The translations under genes were made by a program, and so were the position numbers. DNA of 63,252 nucleotides, filler included, from Octopus bimaculoides (Eukaryota), in NCBI RefSeq assembly GCF_001194135.2. It is 6 parts of 4 records of this genome, joined end to end, with 100 filler letters (N's around TTAATTAATTAA, not from the genome) between each part and the next. Parts side by side here need not be neighbours in the genome. Positions count along the whole stretch, not along the records: positions 1 to 16,333 come from NC_068999.1; 5 more parts are not named here. One strand, written 5' to 3'. The notes below the pieces were generated by a model. That model was not told where the DNA came from, ran no database searches, and was given only the letters and a program-made list of their open reading frames with translations. This document shows, in pieces, positions 1 to 11,345 of the stretch (within the stretch, counting starts at the first letter, position 1; each line of letters begins with the position of its first letter).

Positions 1-365
1 AAGTGGCAATATACTACACTTTATCGTGCAGTTACTGTTAATACTTCATTTAGAGAATTAACATTGCTTGTTTTCACCTTTTCGATATCAGTGAAGAATT
101 TCACTGGAAAAGTAGATATAAGATTGCCAGGTTTTTGTCTCTCTCACCAGGGTCAGTAGCTATCGAACGCCGACGAAGGGAAATAACCCTGAAATCCGGA
201 TCCGTTCGTGCTGCAGATCATGGTGAGAGGGATAACTTCCCTTGGCAAACAGGACACAGTCGTGTGGCGATAAGCCAGCTGGAGGAGATGTCCTCCTGGG
301 GCTAAAAGCAACAGTAACATCCACCCCTAGGGGTCAGCCACACTTAAGTGGCAATATACTACACT
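1..365 (+). mobile_element. 345-bp non-coding unit with terminal direct repeat carrying a hammerhead ribozyme (non-LTR retrozyme / Penelope pseudo-LTR-like)
   Basis: AAGTGGCAATATACTACACT occurs identically at 1-20 and 346-365 (period 345). A hammerhead motif lies inside, and there is no meaningful ORF. The element probably continues upstream of the window. Confidence 0.6.
135..235 (+). ncRNA. Type I hammerhead ribozyme (minimal/dimeric type, U4C core variant)
   Basis: Stem I CGAACG(164-169)/CGTTCG(203-208); core CCGACGA(170-176); stem II AGGG-AAATAA-CCCT(177-190); GAAA(191-194); palindromic stem III ATCCGGAT(194-201); cleavage triplet AUC with predicted cut after 202. Stem I extends via GTAGC/GCTGC, GGTC/GATC and CTCTCACCA(141-149)/TGGTGAGAG(221-229). 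Confidence 0.85.
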
Positions 366-618
366 ATATATATATAACGAATGCCTTATTTTGGAGTTAT
401 TCTAATATTTCAATTCAAATAACTGCAAAATAAGGTATTTGTTGTTTTTCATATAGCGAATTACATTCCAAATCTATTTTCAAATATTGACATTTTTTAT
501 TTATATGGTAGCATTTTTAATAAATTCTTCAAACACTTGTGAAAACTCTGAAACCTGAAATGCAATAACAACAACAACAAAAACAGCAACAGAAACAGCA
601 GTGGCAGCAGCAACAGTG

Positions 619-651
<33 letters not shown>

Positions 652-660
652 ATATTAGTA

Positions 661-1205
661 GTAGTTTCATTTATTTGCCACCAGGGCGAAGGATGAGGAG
701 GATAGTAGAAAGACAGACACAAATGGAATGATAAAAAAAAGTATGTATACACGGTATACAATGAGAAGGGAAGTATATATACATAGCTTACAAAGGTAAA
801 AAAAAAATAGCGGGAGAAACGATAGAGATGAAGTCTTCCTGATACAGGAGGACCTCTAGAGATAATCAAGGAACTCCAGCGTCCAAGATCTCCCTGAACA
901 CCAAGGGCAAGTACCCTCCCAAATCCCCTTTCTCCGATTCACAGCTCTACACTTAAAGATGTACCATCTACTTTTGCCATATTCGCAACTTGCGCCCACC
1001 TTTCAATAAATTCATTAGCGAACAGCACCTCTCTTTCCGCCCTCAATTTCCTTTTCAAGTGAACCTTGAAGAAGTCGATGAGGCCTTTACCAAAGAGGAA
1101 TGTATCTGTCCTCATGCTTTTCAGCCTCATCCACCAAACAACCTCTTTCGCACAGCCACCAGGCAAAGGAAAACGCCTATATTTTTAGCATTATCCTGCG
1201 TTTGA
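661..1205 (-). mobile_element. 3' end of a Tx1/L1-clade LINE (ORF2 C-terminus plus 3' UTR)
   Basis: Minus-strand peptide FLCLVAV/AKEVVWWMRLK...FFKVHLKRKLRAEREVL...ERWAQVA resembles L1/Tx1 ORF2 C-termini. The 3' UTR ends with AATAAA running into an (ACT)n tract. Confidence 0.6.
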
Positions 1206-1246
1206 GAATAAAATTATTTTCTTATATATATATATATAATTAGTTT

Positions 1247-1280
<34 letters not shown>

Positions 1281-1283
<3 letters not shown>

Positions 1284-1445
1284 GACAGAATTCTTTCAGT
1301 TTCCGCCTAGTAAACCCACTCACAAAGCTTTGGTCGGCTCGAGGCTATAGTAGAAAACACTTGTCCAAGGTGTCACAGAGTGGGACTGAACCTGGAGCCT
1401 TGTGGTTGGGAAGCAAGCTTCTGACCGTACAGCTTCGCCTTCGCT
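1281..1445 (-). mobile_element. CORE-type tRNA-derived SINE (family B), 5' half
   Basis: Matches other copies (CAGTTTCCG...CACTCACAA...TATAGTAGAA..CACTTG.CCAAGGTG..AC..AGTGGGACTGAAC) and ends at a (TA)n tract. Confidence 0.8.
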
Positions 1446-2977
1446 TATTTACGCATGCGTTAAACAAAGAACTTCCTAGGGTTTATATATGCATTAAAAA
1501 TGTATAGTTAAGTGAGACAATATACACACGAAAGTAAATATGGCGTAGTAAAGTTAGTGATTACACGTTTAACGGAGTGAACATCAAATAACTAACCAGG
1601 AGCGAGGAAAAAATACAGCAAAACTAACAGCCGTTTGTTCTACCCGTCATTAAAATGCGAGCTCTTGTGCCACTGTTTGAAATCGATATAACAATAATAC
1701 TTGGACATGTAAAGACTTTCGTTACAGATGCGTCGCTATAGTGATAATGCGACACGCAAGCGCTTTTATAAAATTAAGTAAGTAGTTGTGATCTGTTGGG
1801 AAAAGACTACAAGATTATTGTGAATACATCATTATGAGCAGAACTGTGTGAAAAGTATGTTAACCAGTACTGAAGAATATATCTTTTTAGGCGCCATTTG
1901 TTATTATCAACATTTTAATCTTAGTACAGATTTGTCTATTCTCTGTAGTATGTAAAGAAGGATAAATCTTTTGGGTATCATATAGAGATTTATACGCTAG
2001 TCAGACAATATTAAGTGTCTATATGTACGTTATGCAATGCAGTTTTTCTCTCTATATGTGTATAATGTAACATAAAGGTCGCCATTTTTCTCTGTGTATT
2101 GCTTCACATGACGTGTTTGTGTGTTGTATCATTATAATTAGCTTCGGCTTCATTATTGTCAATACAACATGGCATGATGTGTTCATTTTTAAGACTCTCA
2201 CGTCACCGAACATCGATTGAGTCTTTCAAATGGCTTTGTGCCACAACATTTTTGGCAAAAATCTTTTATCATTTACTACGACGAATTGGTCGATACGCTA
2301 GAGTGTAGAAAAGAATGAATACCTGGCGATGTTTGCTTTGATTCTAAACAATCTAAGTTCAAATCCTGCTGAGCTCAAATTTGCTTCTTATCATTTTGAA
2401 ATTCATAAATGAAATACGAAAATGTGGATGGTCATGGAATGGAATTATTAAAATGTTGGGCGAAGTACTTGTGGTATTTGTTCCGGCTCTCAACCCGTTT
2501 TGAGCTCAATTCCGATTGTGGGCAAATTCGTATTATATTCTTTCGAGGTCGATAAATAAAGTACGTAACATTCTGAGGTATTGGTATGGTGGAATTACTG
2601 AAACATTAGGTAAAATAATTTGCAGTATTTGATCCAGTTGTGATATCTTTATAGCTTACGTTCTTTCTCTATCTGGGAGATGAACATACAAGACACCGTC
2701 ACCCCACCCTTTCTCTTCTTCCTCCTCCTCCTCTTCCTCCTCCTCCTCCTCCTCCTCCCCCTCCTCCCNNNNNNNNNNNNNNNNNNNNNNNNNNNNNNNN
2801 NNNNNNNNNNNNNNNNNNNNNNNNNNNNNNNNNNNNNNNNNNNNNNNNNNNNNNNNNNNNNNNNNNNNNNNNNNNNNNNNNNNNNNNNNNNNNNNNNNNN
2901 NNNNNNNNNNNNNNNNNNNNNNNNNNNNNNNNNNNNNNNNNNTTCCTCCTCCCCACTCTCCCCTCCCCATTCTTCAT

Positions 2978-3238
2978 GGCGGCGAGCTGGCAGAATCGTT
3001 TGCACACCGGGCGAAATGCTTAGCGGTATTTCGTCTGCCGTTACGTTCTAAGTTCACATTCCGCCGAAGTCGACTTTGCCTTTCATCCTTTCGGGGTCGA
3101 TTAATAAGTACCAGTTACACACTGGGGTCGATGTAATCGACTTAATCCCTTTGTCTGTCCTTGTTTGTCCCCTCTGTGTTTAGTCCCCTCTGTGTTTAAT
3201 CCCCTCTGTGTTTAGTCCCCTGTGGGCAATAAAGAAAT
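2978..3238 (+). mobile_element. tRNA-derived SINE (family A), full length, with a 16-bp internal triplication
   Basis: GGCGGCGAGCTGGCAGAATCG head; GTCGACTTTGCCTTTCATCCTTTCGGGGTCGAT central block shared with many copies in the window. Confidence 0.9.
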
Positions 3239-3919
3239 ATATATTTATATATATATAGTCGCCATATTCCATTCCATAACAGCTATCACTGACGAATGCA
3301 GGGTTACATAATCGGACTGTTGCAAAACACTCCGTTGAATTCCTAATGCGAAACCAATTGATAAGATCGGCCGTAATGGATATATAATAATTGAGTAGTA
3401 ATTGGATAGTAACGAAAGGGTTTAAGGTCTGTTATGCTGTGAAATGAAATTTTTGTAAAGGTCTCGTGAATATTATTTGCAATAAAATTTTTGAATCCCA
3501 CTCATTAATCATTAGTCACAACGACAGATCTCTGCGTGAATATTTGAATATTTAAGCAGGAATACGACTTCAATGAATACTAGGATACGATATTCATCAT
3601 GAGATGATTGATTGAACAACAAAAGGAATTATTGAATGAATAATTAATTCATTCCTTAGTTATTCATACGTCTATTCTTTCATTGATTGACTCATTCAGC
3701 CTTTCGTTTATATTTGTGTTTATCACTAATTTTCTTCATTAAGTATTTAAAAAAAAATTATTATTTAATAATTAATCAAAGTTTTCGATGTTTTTCATTA
3801 ATTACAAATTCCTTCTTTCCTTCTTTCCTTCCTTCATTCCCTTCTTTATTTTTCACATCATTTTTTGTAGATTCACTTCTTGATTTCTTTTTTATTCCTT
3901 CAGCAAATTTAGTCATGAG

Positions 3920-3969
<50 letters not shown>

Positions 3970-4243
3970 GACATTTGTTGTCACCGTTTATGTCAAATCC
4001 AGATTTATCTCTGATCGAACCGTTCTTGGTACAAAGGCTCCCTTATGTGCAAGGAATCCAGGACCGGGCTTCTTCCCTGCTGCTGCTTCTCCTCCACTCC
4101 TCCTCCTCCTCCTCCTCCTCCTCCTGCCTCATCCCCTCCTCTCCTGCCTATGCCCCTCCTCCTTCCCCTGCCCTCCTCCTGCCTTTGCCCCATCTCCTCC
4201 TGCCCTTGCCCCACCTCCTCCTGCCCTACCTACTCCCACTGCC

Positions 4244-4475
4244 CTTCCTGTTACGGGGACGTAAATAAACCAACATCGGTTGTCAAGCTGTGGAATTGGG
4301 TAATAAGCACAACTGCAAAGTCTCTCTCTCTCTCTCACACACACATACACATATATGGTGGGATTCTACACAGTTTTCACCATAAGGCATTGGACGACCC
4401 TGTTTTATAGTAGAAGACTCGTGCTTTAGGTGCCGCATAGTGGGATAGAACCCGAAACCATGTAATAGCCTGTTA
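4244..4475 (-). mobile_element. CORE-type SINE (family B), decayed, with internal (CT)/(CA) tract
   Basis: GTTACGGGGACGTAAA...CATCGGTTGTCAAG and TATAGTAGAAGAC...AGTGGGA..GAACCCGAAACCATG blocks. Confidence 0.7.
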
Positions 4476-5012
4476 CTATTTTTCATTCCATTCAATTAAT
4501 TCACATATTCACATAATTCTTTCATTCGTAACCATTTCAACTAAATGGATCTCAAATCGCTTGCATAATTATTCGTAACTAATCTGTTCCTTCATTCTGT
4601 CACCCAGCATTCCATTATTCATTCATTCATTCCTTACTTCTTTGTACCTTTATTCCGTCATTTGGTTATTCATGCTCTGCGACGGTAAATTATTCATTCA
4701 CTAAAATAATTAGTCATTCAGGTGTGAAATATTGATGCGATCCCAGCAACGTAGTCTAGCGACATTTGCTTTATTTTCCCAGTTAATTCAAGGCTTAACG
4801 ATTCACTAAGTTTTCAACCTCATCCACCTCCCTGTTAATATTTCACAATTTTAAAAAATGTTTTACTCTCGCACCAACCTCTTATAGACTCACATTCGTT
4901 CCTTCTTTCCCTTACTGTTTCTCCTTCTCTTTCTCACTTTCTCCTCCTCTCTATCTACCTTTTTTCTACTCTTTTTGTTCATATTTTTTGCTTTTAAAAT
5001 TTCCCTGCTAAC

Positions 5013-5145
5013 ATTTCAGGCACAAGGCCTGAAAATTTATCAAGGAAAGGGATAGCCGATTATATCGGCTCTAGTGATCAACTAGTACTTCTTTTATCGA
5101 TCTCGAAAGAATAAAAGGCAATGACGACCTCATCGAAATTTGAAT
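5013..5145 (-). mobile_element. SINE family A, 3' fragment
   Basis: GGCACAAGGCCTGAAAATTT...TTTTATCGATCTCGAAAG...AAAGGCAA...GACCTC matches other copies. Confidence 0.7.
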
Positions 5146-5957
5146 ATAATAATATGTAGCAATATAATAATATTCCATATCGTCTCAGGTATAGTCTGTC
5201 TGTCTTTTAATGTGTTATGCAACTTGTCAGATGTCACAATTAAGCATTTTTGATTTCCTAATAACATGGAGAAAAGCCACACGAAACAGACACAGAAACA
5301 CAAGCCCAAANNNNNNNNNNNNNNNNNNNNNNNNNNNNNNNNNNNNNNNNNNNNNNNNNNNNNNNNNNNNNNNNNNNNNNNNNNNNNNNNNNNNNNNNNN
5401 NNNNNNNNNNNNNNNNNNNNNNNNNNNNNNNNNNNNNNNNNNNNNNNNNNNNNNNNNNNNNNNNNNNNNNNNNNNNNNNNNNNNNNNNNNNNNNNNNNNN
5501 NNNNNNNNNNNNNNNNNNNNNNNNNNNNNNNNNNNNNNNNNNNNNNNNNNNNNNNNNNNNNNNNNNNNNNNNNNNNNNNNNNNNNNNNNNNNNNNNNNNN
5601 NNNNNNNNNNNNNNNNNNNNNNNNNNNNNNNNNNNNNNNNNNNNNNNNNNNNNNNNNNNNNNNNNNNNNNNNNNNNNNNNNNNNNNNNNNNNNNNNNNNN
5701 NNNNNNNNNNNNNNNNNNNNNNNNNNNNNNNNNNNNNNNNNNNNNNNNNNNNNNNNNNNNNNNNNNNNNNNNNNNNNNNNNNNNNNNNNNNNNNNNNNNN
5801 NNNNNNNNNNNNNNNNNNNNNNNNNNNNNNNNNNNNNNNNNNNNNNNNNNNNNNNNNNNNNNNNNNNNNNNNNNNNNNNNNNNNNNNNNNNNNNNNNNNN
5901 NNNNNNNNNNNNNNNNNNNNNNNNNNNNNNNNNNNNNNNNNNNNNNNNNNNNNNNNN

Positions 5958-6009
<52 letters not shown>

Positions 6010-6327
6010 TCCGAGAGAGAGTCTTAGAGAGAGTATATACAAGAGAGCGAGAGAGAGTGAGGGGGAGTGAGAGGAACAGAAGAGTGAGCAACTGAGCTAG
6101 AGAGGCAGACAGAGACTGAGAGAGAGAGTGAGAGAGAGAGAGAGAGAGAAAGAAATAGTGAGAAAGAGAAAGAAAGGCAGAAGAGCGAACGACTGGGAGA
6201 CAGAAAGAAAGAGAGAGCGAGTTTAAGCCAACGATAGAAAGAGAGAGGGAGGAAGAAAGGGTGTTAGCAAGCGACTGAGAGAGAGAATAAGAGAATCAGA
6301 GAGAGAAAGACACACACACACACATAC

Positions 6328-6367
<40 letters not shown>

Positions 6368-7118
6368 NNNNNNNNNNNNNNNNNNNNNNNNNNNNNNNNN
6401 NNNNNNNNNNNNNNNNNNNNNNNNNNNNNNNNNNNNNNNNNNNNNNNNNNNNNNNNNNNNNNNNNNNNNNNNNNNNNNNNNNNNNNNNNNNNNNNNNNNN
6501 NNNNNNNNNNNNNNNNNNNNNNNNNNNNNNNNNNNNNNNNNNNNNNNNNNNNNNNNNNNNNNNNNNNNNNNNNNNNNNNNNNNNNNNNNNNNNNNNNNNN
6601 NNNNNNNNNNNNNNNNNNNNNNNNNNNNNNNNNNNNNNNNNNNNNNNNNNNNNNAAAAAAAAAAAAAAAAAAAAAATGGCGGTTTTTTCATTTGTTTTGC
6701 TCGCGATGGATCATAATGAAATTAAAAATGAAAGAATAAATAAAATAATAAATAAATATATGAATAAAACGAGACTGTTGAAGCATTCAGGACAGCTTTT
6801 ATTTCTCAATAAACTATAATTAAGTTTATAATCTCACTATTTCAGTGTTCTTTACATTCTCTATGCTTTTCATTTTTTTCTTTGTTTTCTTTCATTTCCC
6901 AAGTTATCTCCACCTTTCATCTAAAGTCTCTGTTTGCCTGCCTGTCTGCCTGTCTCTCGCTCTCTCTTATTCTCCCTTTCCCTCCCTCCCTCTCTCTCTC
7001 TCTCTCTCTCTAAAACAGAGTCATTGCTTTGCTATTTCATATAAATATTTAAATTTAAATGAAGAAATAATAGTTACATGTAATAGTTACACTCTTAGAA
7101 ACATTATGAATTTGGACA

Positions 7119-7520
7119 TTATTATTATTGTTGTTGTTGTTGAGTGAGAGAGCAGTGCATGTCATCAAAGTGACACTGGGGTCAAATATACGTAGTCCAG
7201 GATACCCATCAGGACTACCCGTCTGTTAAGGGTACACCAGGCACATGCATCACAACCACATGTGCGCGACATGGTGATCTCATATCAAGATAACCAGCGC
7301 ATGACTTCGTAGGTGGGGCCCAGTGAGAATTTTCTTCAGGTCGAGTAACCCATGCCACTCAAAAGCTTCCTGAATAAGGGTTGTTTAAGGATGCTGAACA
7401 AAACACCCATGTTTCCAAAGGGAGATTATCCAAACCGCAAAGAATTCTTCTCAACACATGGCCATGATGCTTCCCCACTACTTCTGCTCCTGATCAGAGA
7501 TGCACATATCGTCAGTCACT
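7119..7520 (-). mobile_element. LINE-like 3' UTR fragment ending in a (CAA)n(AAT)n tail
   Basis: Complex non-coding block whose minus-strand end is GCTCTCTCACTC followed by simple repeats. Recalled as an octopus interspersed repeat; clade not established. Confidence 0.5.
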
Positions 7521-7587
7521 AGCGACGGGCGAAATACCGCTAAGCATTTCGCCCAGCGTGCTAACGAATCTGCTAGCTTGCCGCCTT
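7520..7587 (-). mobile_element. SINE family A head fused to the preceding LINE 3' fragment
   Basis: GACGGGCGAAATACCGCTAAGCATTTCGCCCAGCGTGCTAACGAATCTGCTAGCTTGCCGCC is the reverse complement of the family A head. Confidence 0.8.
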
Positions 7588-8061
7588 AATAATAATGATG
7601 ATGATGATGACGACATCGACGGCGATGACGACGACGATGACGACGATGATGATAATAACAATAACAATAATCTCGTCCTTCTTTCCTTCTTTTAACACAC
7701 AAAATCCTTCTGGGAAATTTTCTCTGAGTCAAAAATATTTATTTCTTTATTACCCACTGAGCCAAAAAATATTGCAGCTAATACCACACCATGTTTTTAT
7801 AGACATTTTGAATGTTATACGCAGCAGTATTTTAATGTAAGGCTGTTTCAAATTCGCGTTTTATTTATAAACAGTAACAATTGAAATAAATAAATAAATA
7901 AATAAATAAACGAATAATAAATGTAAGCTAAGAAATAGATGAAAAAAAAGAAACGAAAAGAAAAAGGCAGTCCCTCGATAATGATCCAGATGCTTGTAAG
8001 AATGTCCACGAATCCTACAGCCAAATGTTCAATTTTCACTTCGACCTAATTTAGGTTTACG

Positions 8062-8225
8062 GACACAGAGGTGCCTGTGTGATAAGAAGCTTGCTTCGCA
8101 ACCACCTGGTTCCGGTTTCAATCCCATTACGTGGCCCCTGGGTGGCAAATGTTTTCTACTATAGCCCCAGGGCCAACAAAAGCCTTGTGAGTGGATTTGG
8201 TAGATGGAAACTGAATAAAGCCCCT

Positions 8226-8276
<51 letters not shown>

Positions 8277-8570
8277 GTCTATCTATCTATCTGTCTGTCT
8301 GTCTGTCTATCTGCCTACATATACATATATACATTTATATCTGTGTGTGTATGTGTGTTTGTCCCCCCCCCCCACTACCACTTGACAACTTGTGCTGGTG
8401 TGGTTACGTCGCCGTAACTTAGTGGTTCGACAAAAATATCCCAAAAGAATAAGTAACAGCATTTATAAAATAAGTACCTGGGGTACTTATTCATTCGACC
8501 AAAAAATTCTTCAAGGCCGTGCCCCACCATGGTCACAGTCAAATAATTGAAGCAAACGAATGATATAAGA
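8062..8570 (+). mobile_element. CORE-type SINE (family B), full length, with internal (TCTA)n/(TG)n expansion
   Basis: tRNA-like head (GTGTGATAAG...GGTTCCGGTTTCAATCCC), AGCCTTGTGAGTGGATTTGGTAGATGGAAACTGAA block, microsatellite, then 3' half CTTGACAAC..TGCTGGTGTG.TTACGTC.CCGTAACTTAG. Confidence 0.85.
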
Positions 8571-8586
8571 CAAAAGATTACGAACA

Positions 8587-8745
8587 ATGTGACCTTGAAA
8601 TTTGGGGAGAGGGGGGGCAGTCGATTAGATCGACTCCAGTACGCAACTGGTACTTAATTTATCGATCCCGAAAGGATGAAAGGCAAAGTCGACCTCAGCG
8701 GAATTTGAACTCAGAACGTAACGACAGTCGAATTATCGCTAAGCA
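8587..8745 (-). mobile_element. SINE family A, 5'-truncated
   Basis: AGTCGATTAGATCGACTCCAGTACGCAACTGGTACTTAATTTATCGATCCCGAAAGGATGAAAGGCAAAGTCGACC. Confidence 0.85.
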
Positions 8746-9274
8746 ACACAGTAATAATACAGAAATACTATTAAATTTTGCAATGCACCTAATATCGTGA
8801 TATTGAGTGCACCGATTATTTTTTCAAGTAAGGATCTTGCAAATGATCTTTCTGCTTTTATTGCCGTAGGCGCTTTTAGATTAATTTGGATTTCAGCTGA
8901 AAACTCTGTTAAGTTTGCGTGATTCATATTGTATCAATTACAAACTATTCTCTCTACTTGCAGCAAAGCATTGCACCGTGCCTGTTTTCAGTTGAAGAAA
9001 TTCAACCATAGATATGTGATCAACAACAATCACTCGAGACCTAATCTAAAGCATGTAATATTCCGAAGAAAAAAAAAAAAAAGACGAAAATACTTAAATT
9101 ACATCTTGTTATCAATATCAGGCAACTGCGCTAAATTTCGTGAACACCCAACTAACGAACAATGAAATTAGTGAATTCAATTGCAAACATATATTTTGGA
9201 TAACATAACACGACTGCAAGTGTTATGTTGAGTATGTAACTACGATACTTTCCCGCTGGCTAACCATGTACTTA

Positions 9275-9310
9275 CAACTGCATCAACTGCATCAACTGCA
9301 TCAACTGCAT
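9275..9310. repeat. (CAACTGCAT)x4 perfect minisatellite
   Basis: Four exact 9-bp copies. Confidence 0.9.
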
Positions 9311-9538
9311 TACATAACATCGTTGAATACAAAACAATTCTATTTCTGTATATATAAAGCGTTTTATGCATGTATGTGCATAATTACGCTTACATGCACA
9401 TTTATGGATATACACATTTATCTATGAATGTACGTATGCCTGTATATGTGTATTTATGTATTAACTCTCTACTCACCCGCTCTCTGTCTCTCCTCATCTA
9501 TCTATTCCTCTCTCTGTGTGTATGTATATATATGTATG

Positions 9539-9579
<41 letters not shown>

Positions 9580-9979
9580 NNNNNNNNNNNNNNNNNNNNN
9601 NNNNNNNNNNNNNNNNNNNNNNNNNNNNNNNNNNNNNNNNNNNNNNNNNNNNNNNNNNNNNNNNNNNNNNNNNNNNNNNNNNNNNNNNNNNNNNNNNNNN
9701 NNNNNNNNNNNNNNNNNNNNNNNNNNNNNNNNNNNNNNNNNNNNNNNNNNNNNNNNNNNNNNNNNNNNNNNNNNNNNNNNNNNNNNNNNNNNNNNNNNNN
9801 NNNNNNNNNNNNNNNNNNNNNNNNNNNNNNNNNNNNNNNNNNNNNNNNNNNNNNNNNNNNNNNNNNNNNNNNNNNNNNNNNNNNNNNNNNNNNNNNNNNN
9901 NNNNNNNNNNNNNNNNNNNNNNNNNNNNNNNNNNNNNNNNNNNNNNNNNNNNNNNNNNNNNNNNNNNNNNNNNNNNNNN

Positions 9980-10030
<51 letters not shown>

Positions 10031-10384
10031 GCATTACAGCGATATATTTCATGGCAAGTATTTTGATCTGAGATCGTGTGTTGAATCTAAGACGGTAGCA
10101 ACGCGAAAGACACAAGTTAGTCATTCAGATACACAATGACCTTTCACTTCACTGACACATTTATTGGTTTTAATATAGTTTTGTATATATGTCTGTATAT
10201 GTGTGTATGCACGTGTGTATATATTTGTGTGTGTGTGTATGTGCGTGTATTTGTGTGTGTATCTATGTATATATGATGGAGTTCCCGTCGAAGGCGACGC
10301 ATGAATGTCCAGCGTTTGGCGAACGATCTGCACAAATGATTTATCTGTAGTGATCAAATGTGTGTGCTGTGTACATTAACTCAC

Positions 10385-10577
10385 TCCTTCCGTCAAATCG
10401 ATATTGTCTGAATAGGTGCACGGCGTACCACACGACAGAAGTCGAAGTGATCACAGCGCAATGCAGCATTTAAGTGTTATGCTCAAGAGCACAACGCACT
10501 ACCTGGTCTAGGAATTGAAACCACGATCTCACGATCGTGAGTGCAACACCCTAACCACTAGGTCATGCACCTCCACA
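10385..10577 (-). mobile_element. tRNA-derived SINE (family C)
   Basis: Reverse complement gives GTGGAGGTGCATGACCTAGTGGTTAGGGTGTTGCACTCACGATCGTGAGATCGTGGTTTCAATTCC (A/B-box-like); homologous to 35175-35470 and 48364-48615. Confidence 0.8.
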
Positions 10578-10635
10578 CACATATGCGTGCACACACACAC
10601 ACACACACTTACACTTACACGCACAACTATATGAA

Positions 10636-11345
10636 AATATATCTTTGACAGCCTCCAGCTGTATTCATTTGATTAGGCGTTTTCTTTCTGGTTTTATGAA
10701 TCTCAGCCTCTCAACATTATAGTACTAATGCTGTTAGTCACGTAGCCAAGTGCTTCAATAATTATTGGTAAAAATCTAAAGTTATAACCCAGATCGACTA
10801 TCTTCAGTTTCTCCATTAGGTTGGCGTAAATGTTTTCTGTTTCGCTAACATTTAACACTTGCGTTGACATCTGCCGTGCAACTGTTTTCAACTGCTAAAT
10901 TTTCCTTCCTCTGTCCCAGATCATTACATGTAGTCTGTTGTGTTTTCATATTATTGAAGTCTTGACGGGGATAGTCTGTCAGTATTCTTTCAAATTATGT
11001 GTGGTTATGTCTTCTACGCCACTGAAGCTCTTTACATCTGTCTTAGGATTATCCTTCCTATGGATTTCATTATATAGTATTTTAGCCATAGCAACATATC
11101 TTCTGGGTATATACTACCGTGAAGAAATTTTCGGGTAGCTACTTAATAGTACTGGTGACATCCTCAGTGTTATTACTACAAAACACAAAACACAAAACCT
11201 GCATCGGTTTGTGCCTCAAGTATTTCGTGGCTATTTCCTGTTCCTGTATTACAAAAGCATATCCTCGAAAGCAAGTGTTAATATCCCAGTTGTTATTTCA
11301 GGATAGATTCTGGTTGTAAGTGCTGTAGTAACTTCTGGGAATATA
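10636..11345 (-). mobile_element. Decayed R4/Dong-like non-LTR retrotransposon C-terminal fragment (CCHC knuckle plus restriction-like endonuclease)
   Basis: Minus-strand peptides GYAFVIQEQEIATKYL, degenerate knuckle C..FCSNNTEDVT...PKISSR*YIPRR...KILYNEIHRKDNPK, then IWDR...SCTADVN and ETENIYANL...YNFRFLPIIIEALGYVT. Stops and frameshifts are present. Confidence 0.7.
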
